Shown piece after piece: positions 26,001-38,000 of a stretch of 64,000 nucleotides of DNA (within the stretch, counting starts at the first letter, position 1; each line of letters begins with the position of its first letter). The translations under genes and the position numbers were made by a program. This stretch comes from Phoronis australis (taxonomy: Eukaryota > Animalia > Phoronida): the NCBI GenBank assembly GCA_002633005.1, contig NMRA01000074.1:501425-565424 (forward strand). The letters are read 5' to 3'. A model generated the notes under the pieces. It made no database searches. It had not been told where the DNA came from and saw only the letters and a list, made by a program, of their open reading frames with translations.

Positions 26001-29000
26001 GAGAGAGACTGCAACACTGTGCCTTGTCCTGGTAAAGTACTGTTTTTAAGCGTAGTGTTAATGCAACCATTCAATAGCAAGCACTCAACGAACTGAAACA
26101 ATTTAAGGTGTTTAACGACAGTTTAACATAACTTTGAATGACAAGTGTTATTTTTTGCTAGTGTGGTTACTGTGATCACACAAGAAGCTTACCGCCTCTT
26201 CATGTGCAATAGTCCTCCCTCTTAGTGTGAGCAGCCTCCTTCTACAAAAAATTTGTATGATGAGTAAGAAGACTAGCGAAAGTGATTTCCCGACATAGAA
26301 TAAGTCATTACTTTTTGAAATAGTTAATGGTGGCTGGTCGAACTGGACCACTTGGGGAGTATGCAGCGCCACTTGCGGAGGTGGACAGCAATCCAGATCA
26401 AGAACATGCAACAACCCTGTGCCGGCAAACGGTGGCGCACAGTGTGTTGGTGACAGCGTGGAAGAAAGAGATTGTAACACTGTGACTTGTCCTGGTAAAG
26501 TACATGCATTATTCTGAACGCACATTACAACAACAAGACAATCGTTAATATACTGCGACCTGACAACGATTTCAAGGGTATTTCACGTGGCTTCAAAATA
26601 AGATTGTATAATAGTGGTTAAGTTGTTGCTAGGTGCATGATTTCTGGGAACACAAACGAATAACCAAATTCCCGGCTGAGGTACAATGTATTAGGGTTGG
26701 TGAGAGCATCCTACTGCTATTAGAACTTGCATGATGAGCAAGATGATTATGCACGAGAATCCAAGAACTGTATGGTTTTTTCATTTTAAAATAGTGAATG
26801 GTGGCTGGTCAAACTGGACCACTTGGGGAGCATGAAGTGCCACTTGTGGAGGTGGAAAACAATCCAGATCAAGAACTTGTAATAACCCCGCACCTGCAAA
26901 CGGTGGCGCACAATGTCCTGGTTCTGGTGTGGAAGAAAGAGACTGCAACACTGGCGTGTCCTTGTAAAATATTATTATTGCAAAGTAGTAACAATGCACC
27001 TAGTCATTAATAAGGACACTGAGATCTAAATGCAATTATTTAAGGTGTTTCACGTGAGTGTAAACTAACATTTTGTCGTTATGTTTCACTAGTGTGGTTA
27101 CTGCGCGTAAGCAATATGCCAACCTTTTCGGGCGTGCGTTAGACTTCTCTCTTGTCATGAGCAACGTTGTTGTATGCGAACCTGATTTGTTTTAAAACAG
27201 TTAATGGTGGCTGGTCGAATTGGACCACGTGGGGAGTATGTAGCGTCACTTGTGGAGGCGGATTACAATCCAGATCAAGAGAATGCAACAATCCTGCGCC
27301 GGCAAACGGTGGCGCACAATGTGTTGGTGACAGCGTGGAAGAAAGAGACTGTAACACTGTGGCTTGTCCTGGTAAATACATGCATTATTCTGAACGTATA
27401 TTACAACAAGACAATCGCCAGCATACTTCGACCTGGCAATGATTTCAAGAGTGTTTCACGTGGCTCTAAAGTAACATTGCATAACAGTGGTTAAGCTGTT
27501 GCTGTATGCATGATTTCTGGGAACACAAACGAACAGCCAACTTCGCGGTTGAGGTTGGTGAGAGCATCCTACTGCTATAGGAATATACATGATGAGCAAG
27601 GTGATTATCCACTGGAATCCAGGCAATGAATGATTCATTTCTTTTTAAAATAGTTAATGGTGGCTGGTCAAACTGGACCACCTGGGGAGAATGCAGCGCC
27701 ACTTGCGGAGGTGGAAAGCAATCCAGATCAAGAACTTGTAATAACCCTGCACCTGCAAACGGTGGCGCACAATGTTCAGGTTCTGGCGTGGAAGAAAGAG
27801 ACTGCAACACTGTGGCTTGTCCTGGTAAAGTAGTATTATTGCAACTTTGTAACAATGCACCTAGCCATTAATAAGCACACACAGTGATCTAAAAACAATG
27901 TACATTTACGGTTATTCACGTGAGTAGAAACTGACATTTTGTCGTTTTTTTCACTAGTGTGGTTACTGCGTCTCAGTCATATTCCAACCATGTAGCGTGT
28001 GCGTTAGATTTTTTCTTGTCATGTTCAATGTTGTTCTAAGCGAACCTGATTTGTTTTTAAAATAGTTAATGGTGGCTGGTCAAACTGGACCACTTGGGGA
28101 GCATGCAGCGCCACTTGCGGGGGTGGAAAACAATCCAGATCAAGAACTTGCAATAACCCTGCACCTGCAAACGGTGGTGCACAATGTCCTGGTGCTGGCA
28201 TAGAAGAAAGAGACTGCAACACTGTGCCTTGTCCTGGTAAAGTACTATTATTGCAACGTAGTAACAATGCCTCTAGCCATTTATAAGCCCAGTGTGGTCT
28301 AAAACTATGTACATTTACAATGTCGTTATTGTTTACTAATGCGGTTACAACGCCTAAGCAACATGCCAACCATTTCGCGTGTGCGTTAGACTTCTCTCTT
28401 GTCATGACTAGATGACTAATGCTGTGTGCTAACCTAATTTGTTTTTAAAATAGTTAACGGTGGTTGGTCGAATTGGACCACGTGGGGAGTATGCAGCGCC
28501 ACTTGTGGAGGCGGATTACAATCCAGATCAAGAACATGTGACAATCCTGCGCCGGCAAACGGTGGTGCACAATGTGTTGGTGACAGCATGGAAGAAAGAG
28601 ACTGTAACACTGTGGCTTGCCCTGGTAAAGTACATGCATTATTCTGAACTTGTATTAAAACGACAAGACAATCGCTAGTATAATGCGACCTGACAACGAT
28701 TTCAATGTTATTTCACGTGGCTCTAAAAATAAAATTCTTTATACCACGATATTAGCGTCAAATGGCAGATACAACCGTGTAATAACCCATAAAGTTATCT
28801 CACTAGTGAGATAACGATTTGGCGGGAAACCGAGGACGGGGTCGAACCCGGGACCCTAATATTGCTGGTCGCCGACTTTACCACTACACCACGCAGCGAC
28901 TGACGTCATCAAGAGTGAAAATAGAATACTTAAATGAGCACGCGCAATAATCGCACGTTCAACAAACCGCATTGCACTGTGCTTACACGTTACGGAAAAT

Positions 29001-32000
29001 AAGACACATAATTTCCATAAAAATGATATCTTAATTCTGTGAAATTTTTCTCTCATGTCTTCTTACTTGTAAATCACCGATCTCTAGTTTGAATGCGGGT
29101 ATCGTGTCGTCAGGATCTTTGACTTGAGAATTATATTCAGTTACCAGTGGTAACCTACTTTAGCAGACGATAATTTCCCGGTCGAAGCTTAGCGTGTAAA
29201 AAACGTGTTTTAAGCTATAGTAGTTGCTTAACCTAAATTTAGAGATTCACTTCATTTCTATTTTGTTTAAATTTCTAATTGGTTTTGAGTATAAGCATTA
29301 TTTGACAAAAATAGCTCGGCTTTTCTTAAAAGGTCACGACCTCCGACCCCGGTCCTCTGACATAGAAAGTAGTTACAATGCCGAGGCGAGTCGAGAAAGG
29401 TAGATAGATCCATTGCAATGTTTCTCGTTTAGTATGTGGTATAAATAGATTATTACATGTTCTCAGTCGTTATCCCCCTTATCTAGAGCCCTCGTGGATT
29501 TTGCAGAATTATCACCCCCGGGGCTGACGCCCCTCGGGCGATAATTCTCCAAAATTCACTCGGGCTCTAGATAACGGGGGATAATGACTTCGCCATGTAA
29601 TAATCTATATGTAACAGTGGTAAAGCTGTTGATAGGTGCATGACCTCTAGGAACACAAACGCATTACCAAATTTGCATTTGAGGTATAAGGGTTGGTCAT
29701 CCTACTGCTATAAGCACTTGCATTATGAGCAAGGTGATTATACACTGGACACCAGGCACTGCATGATTGATTTATTTTTATAATAGTTAATGGTGGCTGG
29801 TCAAACTGGACCACTTGGGGAGCATGCAGCGCCACTTGCGGAGGTGGAAAACAATCCAGATCAAGAACTTGTAATAACCCTGCACCTGCAAACGGTGGCG
29901 CACAATGTTCAGGTTCTGGCGTGGAAGAAAGAGACTGCAACACTGTGGCTTGTCCTGGTAAAGTAGTATTATTGCAACTTAGTAACAATGCACCTAGCCA
30001 TTAATAAGAGCACTCAGGCTGTGATCTAAAAACAATGACATGTTATGTACATTTAGGGTAATTCACGTGAGTGTAATAAATTAAGTTTTTGTCGTTTCCA
30101 AATAGGCATGTGAACAGTGCCCTACTGAAGTGGGTTGGAGACTTAAACCTTACTTCTGTTGAAGATTTTGATTGGTTTAAAATTTATCGATAACCGTATA
30201 TTTTAACGTTAGATTTGTATTTAAGGTATTTCCAGTACAAAATTCTATGTCGTATTATAACAACAAATGTCTTTTTGACGTTAATTAAAGTTCAAGAGAA
30301 TGACTAACTCACATTTTACTCTGAGCATAGAGAGACTATATTTGTGGAATGCAAATATGTAAGAGAGTTGTGGAGAAAAGTTTGTGATGATTTCCTTAGG
30401 ATTGATTTTTAAACGGCCTTGACAATTTACTTTGGAATACCGTTTGTAACAACAGTAACAACATCTTGTCATTTATCAATGTAGAATACAGAACAAACTT
30501 CCGTTAACAACTGATGTCTCTGTAGTGTTCAAAACTATAGAAATATAGAATTTACTATAAGCAAAATCAATGGTATATTAGAAAATCACAACGAAAAATG
30601 GAACTTAATACAACTATAACCCTGGTAAATGTTTATGTATGTTTATGTTTGTTTGTATTGTAATTGTTAGTGTGTTAAAATAAATGTTGGAAAAATATAA
30701 AAATGTCGTTATTTTTCAGTAGTGTGGTTACTGGGTCCAAGAAATATGCCAACCATTTCGCGTGAGCGTTAGACTTCTCTTTTGTCATGAGCAACGTTGT
30801 TTTATGCAAACCTGATTTGTTTTTAAAATAGTTAATGGTGGCTGGTCGAATTGGACCACGTGGGGAGTATGTAGCGTCACTTGCGGAGGCGGATTACAAT
30901 CCAGATCAAGATCATGCAACAACCCTGCACCGGCAAACGGTGGTGCACAGTGTGTTGGTGACAGCGTTGAAGAAAGAGACTGCAACATTGAGGCCTGCCC
31001 TGGTAAAGTGTTCTTTTCACAATGTAGCATATTAGCAACCAGTTATTAGCAAGCGCACTGCGATCTAAAAACAATATAAGGTGTTTCATGTTAGTGTAAA
31101 CAAATTGTGAAAAATGGTTATTTTTACCCTGATGTGATTTCTGCGACAACGCTATCGGCTAATCATTTTGACTTGTTCGGCGACCTTCTCACTTTTCGTG
31201 CGCCACGTTCACTATGCAAACTGAATTCTTTTTCAAAATAGTTGATGGTGGCTGGTCGAATTGGACCACGTGGGGAGTATGCAGCGCCACTTGCGGAGGC
31301 GGAAAACAATCCAGATCAAGAACATGTGACAATCCTGCGCCGGCAAACGGTGGCGCACAGTGTGTTGGTGACAGCCTGGAAGAAAGAGACTGTAACACTG
31401 CGGCCTGTCCTTGTAAAGTTTATTATTATTTTGAACGTGTATCAGTGCAACCAATCAATTGCAAGTATTCTGGAATCTGAAAACCACTTTAATAAGCTGC
31501 GAGAATGCAATACTTTGAAAAAGAATGATAATTTTATCGTTAGTATGGTTTTTGTGACCATACAAGAGGTTAATCATGGCTTGACCTGATCTCTCTAAAA
31601 GTATCTTTTCCAGGTGCATACTCTAGGGTGACATTTATGAAATCAGGTGGTTAAATATTGCATTAAATCTCTCAATACTGGTTCATTTGATTTAATTTAT
31701 AAGTCGGATTTCCACGTATGTTTTGCAGTCACCCCTGTTTGTCAAAAGTTTACAACCTCATCCAAATATTTGCCTATCATGTAGTTAAAAATGGAAGCCA
31801 AGGTAATGCCAATTGAAATATAATCTCCTCGTGTAACCAGCATGCCGAGTTAGTGATCCCGATCAAAGGTCATTGTCGGCAGTGAGTACTAGTGACTTTA
31901 TCTCAAAACAGTAAATGGTGGATGGTCTGACTGGAGCACTTGGGGAATATGCAGTGCCACGTGCGGAGGTGGAAACCAGTCTAGGTCAAGGTCGTGCGAT

Positions 32001-35000
32001 AATCCTGCACCTGCAAATGGTGGTGCACAGTGCCCCGGCGACGCCCTGGAAATAAGATACTGTTACACGGTTGCTTGTCCAGGTAAAGTAGCATTTCTCA
32101 AACTGAGATCAATTTTCGATAATTTGGAAAGACTAAAGGCAAAGTAAAACTCACTGCACAAAAATTATCGTTCCCAGATCTTTTAGGTAACTTTATTGTT
32201 ACTTATTGCAGCTAGATTCCTATACTGAAGACTCCATTTTACATAACACGCTGCTTCTACAACAACTATGTCCACCGTCAATAATCATATACAAATTGCA
32301 CTATTACATCGAAATACTACCATTTTTTCACCTACATGTATTAGTACACGCACACGCACACGCACACGCACACATATGTACAAAAATAGTGTTTACACAC
32401 AATCAACTTGTTCATCAGGTTATAACCTGTGTTGATATGTAGCACCTCTTTATTTGCTGAATTCGGATGAATCAACAATATATAAGAAATCAGTTACATC
32501 CTCGCCGTCATCTTTACTGGAAATTATGTAATTTAATTTAACTTAACAAATGTAGTAAATGGCGGATGGTCTACTTGGACGACTTGGGGAGCATGCAGCG
32601 CCACATGCGGAGGCGGAAATCAATCGAGGTCAAGGTTGTGCAACAATCCTACACCAGCAAACGGTGGAGCACAATGTGTCGGCGACAGCATGGAACAAAG
32701 AAATTGTAATACAGATGCTTGTCCAGGTACAGTTGAACATATAGCTTCACGTCGATCACTTAAAGCGTCTCTACAAAGGATTGTTGAACTTTTAGATGTT
32801 TTGGACCATGTATAATAATTTTATAACACAAAACCTAAAAACATTGCAGGCGGTCCGATATCTGAATAGCATCGAACATGTGCAGACCGCATCGGTCGTG
32901 CCAACTGCACAAAACACCTGATATAAAACTCACTAGAACTCTCTTATGTAAATATAATCTTGAGGCTCTTCCAAAGAGAGATTGCCGAAGTCCGTAGCCA
33001 AGTAGGCCGCGTTCATCTGCTACGGATAGCCTCCATAACCACCACTGCTTGGGTCTTTTGGAAAAGCAAAAAACAAAAATATTGTCTGTCCGATTGATAT
33101 TACTGCATCATCGGCACGTGCAACTTTTTGAGACCAATGCAGCCCTCGGCTGGTGTAGAATGAGACATTCATTTAACGTGGAGACTGCATCCACTGATGA
33201 CGTCACACAAAAAATATTTTTTAAATTTTTGTGTCTATTTCTTGATTAACAGTACACACATTGAAGAAGAAATACCTAAAATACCATACCAAACTTGTTG
33301 GTAACCGATTTCAAGCATTTATAACAATGGTGTCAAGGCGTTAATCTCTCCAAACTGCATTTAATTCAACGTACATGAATGTCTTTTCAAGCGGAATATC
33401 AATGAGCGTATACGCTGGTGGGACGTTTACATGTATCAAACTGTGTGGTTGAAAGTTGCATTCTAATGTACTACTCAATGCCAGTACATACTGTTTAAGA
33501 ATCTTAATAAACGTCTTTAACTGTTAAGTCAAATATCGAAAAAACTAAGCTTTGTCAAACATTAAAATCAAATATTTTCTGAACGGAGAAAGATCGGTAC
33601 TTCTAAAAATATGCTTTTTATTACTGTCTTTATTTTTTACTTGACCACGCTTTTTAAGTCAAATTTTCTATGTGCAAGAAAGGTACTCTCACAACAAAGT
33701 ACCCAACCAGCCAACTTTACTAAAACTGTTTTTAAAGAAAAGTTATGTGTCACAAAAAACGCTAATGTAGGATTTTGCTTTAAGGTGCTTGGTATATGAC
33801 CGTGAATTATCAAAAATTTCTAACTGTGTTTTTGAGACATAACGTGTAGTTTTCATTTTAAAAATGTTTTAGTAAAATCGGCTGGAGAGCTTTTTTTGCT
33901 ATGAACGTACCTTTCTTACTCATGGTCGCGTGACAATAATAAAGACACAGTAGTAAGATGCGTCTTTTTAGAATCCTCGATCTTTATCTCCATTATGAAA
34001 AAATATAGTTTTATGATTTCTAAAGCAGTTTTTTCGATATTTGACTCAGTGTTGAGGTTTTTATTAAGGTCCTATATAACCTTAGGTGGGATTTTCACGT
34101 TTTTGCGTTTCTAAGAAGTCTACAGCTTCAACCAAGTAATTGCCGACCTTGTTGATGAAAATTTATGTAGAGAAATCAGATGGGCTTGCCAAGTCAATTT
34201 CATTCGTCAATTGCTTCCCAACTATAGAGTTTATTTCAAGCAATGGTCCCAATCAAAGGCCATAATCGACAGCAACTATTACGTACATATACTTCATTTT
34301 AAAACAGTAAATGGCGGATGGTCAAACTGGAGTACCTGGGGAGTATGCAGTGCCACCTGTGGAGGTGGAAACCAGTCGAGGTCAAGGTCGTGCGATAATC
34401 CTGCACCTGCAAATGGTGGTGCACAATGTACCGGTGACGCCGTGGAAATAAGATACTGTTACACGGTTGCCTGTCCAGGTAAATTAGCGTTTCTCAGTTT
34501 ATCGGTATCTGAAATTTAAAAAAGTCTCAAGTCAAATTAATTTTGCAAACCCAACAATACTCTTTGACAAAGGTTCCTTAACAAGATAACATTTGCTAGA
34601 AATTTGGTTATTTCTTCACAAACTTAAAGTGCCATCTTCACAACGATTTCCTTCAACTGGGCAACTTGACACACATGTAGCACCTTACTCACCTTATCGA
34701 GGTATGATAAATTGTTTTTGGGCAACCTGCCAGCTAAAATTGTAGTGTGGGCAAAAATCTTCAGACAAAATAGCACTATTTGCCATCATCTATGCTCTTT
34801 CTCAGTTACTTACACACTGAGGAGACGTCTTATCATTTTTGCGGAACATTTGTCGCAAAGTATATGTCGTGTAGTGTATTTGGCGTAGACGATAGGCTGA
34901 ATGGCGGCAATTAAGTTGCTCTAGGACAACTTGTTCTAGTGTAGTCCGTTGTGAGGAAATGAGTTAAGAATAGACAACAAAATGAAAGATTTCATCACCC

Positions 35001-38000
35001 CCATGCAAAATCAATGGCCCGATTGTCTTTACTGGAATTTATTTCACACCATTTGATTTACAAATGTAGTAAACGGCGGGTGGTCTGCTTGGACAACGTG
35101 GGGAACATGCAGCGTCACCTGTGGAGGCGGTGACCAATTCAGGTCAAGGTCGTGTACCAATCCTGTACCGGCAAATGGTGGCGCACAGTGTGTTGGCGAG
35201 GGCGTGGAGCAAAGAGATTGTAACACAAATGCGTGCCCTGGTAGGTCTATAGCACAAGTTTCCAATATTCTAGTCACTGCATCAAAATCACCACCTAAAG
35301 TCTGCCAACTGGAATAAAAGTGTACACTTCCAAATGGTCTGGTGCTCATCCTTTTAAAGACCTGTTTGTACAGAAACGACATTCAAATCTTTTTAAGCAC
35401 AACTTGCTATTGGCAGAAGCTTCCACAATCTGATAAGTTTTGGGGTCCGTCTTATGAAAGGTGACTTGAGACTTACGACTTAAGACAGAAAATTTGTCTA
35501 AGTTAAGACCGGAGACAAAAATTCAGGGAAAACCGTTTCATGAACACAAAGTACGTCTTTACTCTTCGGTCCGAACTTAAGACAAAAATGACGTCGCGGG
35601 GTTTTGACATAGTTGAGCATACAAACTGCGCTTTCGCCACCTGTCGCGAAGTGAAAAACTTAAGCGAGACGGTAAAAGTGGGCATACCTTTATTGAATAA
35701 TAGATGACATTTGCCTGTTGCCCAGGATGACAACCACATAAGTGTGTTGGCTCACCCTAAACACGAGGCTCTGTACTAAAATAGATTTTTTATTGATTAC
35801 CGATTACGTATACATCCAGTTGTCACTTTCAAATATAGTCGGACTTTAAAACGTTACTGTTTCAGGTGAGTCATAGCAGTCCAACCCTTTTAACAACAGA
35901 ATTTTTCATTTCATTTAAACTCAGTAAATGGTGAATGGTCCAACTGGAGTAGTTGGGGAGCATGTAGCGCTTCTTGTGATGGCGGAAACCAATCGAGGTC
36001 AAGGTCATGCAGCAATCCTGCTCCGGCAAACGGTGGTTCACAGTCTTCCGGCGACAGCCTGGAACAAAGAAATTGTAACACACATGCTTGCCCTGTTAAC
36101 ATAACATGTTCAAGATTATCATGCCATTATAAAAACCTCTCGCTTAGTTTCAATTTCAGACGAGGCCATACATCGTTTCAGTCATTTTTAAGCGTTCCGT
36201 GGTCTTTTATCCAGCATCACGACTAGCAGACCTATTATGGTATACGGTTCGGAGAGTTACTAAAATGGGCACCAGTTAACCGAAGGATATTTTCGGGTGA
36301 CTAGAAATTTAACTTCAGAAGCTAAAGAGTTACAGAAGTTTTCAACTTTAAGTTCACAATATATCAATTTAATTGAGCCGGTATTTTATTGCCGTGAATT
36401 CACCGTTGACTACTCTGATCTTCACAGTGTGCTCTTGGATCAGCGGTCGTGGTCAACAAACCTCTTGACGAAAGTGGGTTTTGTGCAAATCTGTTTACGA
36501 AGTAAAGGGTGCCTGAAAAGGACGAATTCCTATTGTTATTAAACTTACGTGGAATCTGCAAAACTGACATCAATATGAAGTGTTTTACAAACGTTAGTGT
36601 CAAGCATATTTCACATGTTTCTGGACTGACCATGAAAAAAACAAAATGTGCCTGTTGCCTTCCTGCACGTCTTATCAGCAAACCCTCAATTCTAATTTTG
36701 AACAATTGATTAACAATTGATTCAGCTCGACATCCAGTTGTCTCCTTGAGATGAAGTGAAATTAGTGAATTAGATATAGAGATAACACAATTAGAAGTTA
36801 GATAAGAGGAATTTCCATCGCTTGTTTAAAATTTGAATGCAGAAGATGGTGGATGGTCTAGCTGGAGCAGTTGGGGAGCGTGCAGCGTCACGTGCGGAGG
36901 CGGGGAGCAGTCTAGGTCAAGGTCCTGCAACAATCCTTCTCCGACAAACGGTGGCATGCCGTGTGCTGGCGCTGACGTGGAATCACGGGACTGCAATACA
37001 GACGCTTGCCCTGGTAAAATGACATTTTTTTCAGATTTGGGCAGAACTGCATTTGGAAATTTCCTAAATTCTGTAAACGAACACCAACTGGTGAATGCTG
37101 CGGTTAGGAAATTGATTTGGGTGCGCCAGCAACCTCGGAAACAGAACACCGGCCCGCGAGAACAGAACAGTTTCCCAAGGTTGCTATGTCCTGTGCTGGG
37201 TGTGCTCTTGTTTAATACCTGAACGAATCTCAAATTTGGGGATCTTTGGGCAACAATAAACTTTAAGCGTACCTGAGAAAACTATAAGTTTTTGTAAAAG
37301 GCTACAAGTTGCTTTTTGATGAACTTAAGATTATCAGAAGAGTTTAGAAAATCATGCAAAACAAGAATATGATATTTAAAAAGTTCTAATCACTGATTGA
37401 TTTCAGGGACAACTGGGGCCTGTTTTATAAATATGTCAGAAATTAGGGATGTGTTCATGAATGGTTATGAGTCAGAACGTTGATCTTACGCCCCGTTTCA
37501 CAGTTATTCGTATAATAATTACTATATTGCACCCAAGAAACAATTTTTAATGTCACTATCAGTTATTAAAATTCTTTCAAAGACCTTAAATTTTAAGAAA
37601 AACATGCTTCGCTATTTTTTCGGAAATAGTTCTGTAGAGCGTATTACGTAAAGGTCTTAAACCACCTTTCATGAAATACACTCCAAGAATATGTTCCATA
37701 AAAAATTACTTAAACGGAGACTTAAGCCATCGATTTGGTCTTACGCTCGGACACCTCAGTTACTGAACAAAGCTTTAGTCAAATAATTATCAACGCATTA
37801 CAGTCACCATCTCCGTAAAAGGCATTTGAATGTTTATTCTCTAGGACCTTGTACTTTTGCTCTTGATCAATTGAAGCTTTCATCAGAAATAGTTGTGTAG
37901 CATAACAACCAATTTCTGACTTAAATCCTGGTAAAATCTCAAGAGACAAAGCCCTGGTATCAGACTCTGCACAGCAATAATTCACAATAAGCAAGTTTTG

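Noticed and set aside
26833-26835. In-frame TGA at a Cys position as selenocysteine
   Set aside because: The same exon has a frameshifting deletion and a weak donor, and I recognised no SECIS; pseudo-exon is more parsimonious.
28830-28900. tRNA gene
   Set aside because: A/B boxes and a T-arm are present, but the acceptor and anticodon stems do not pair and it lies inside an insertion; SINE-head-like.
25844-37233. Repeated minus-strand ORFs ([13 protein letters not shown]...) and alternative-frame plus-strand ORFs
   Set aside because: Shadows of the TSP1 exons with no independent splice or start support.
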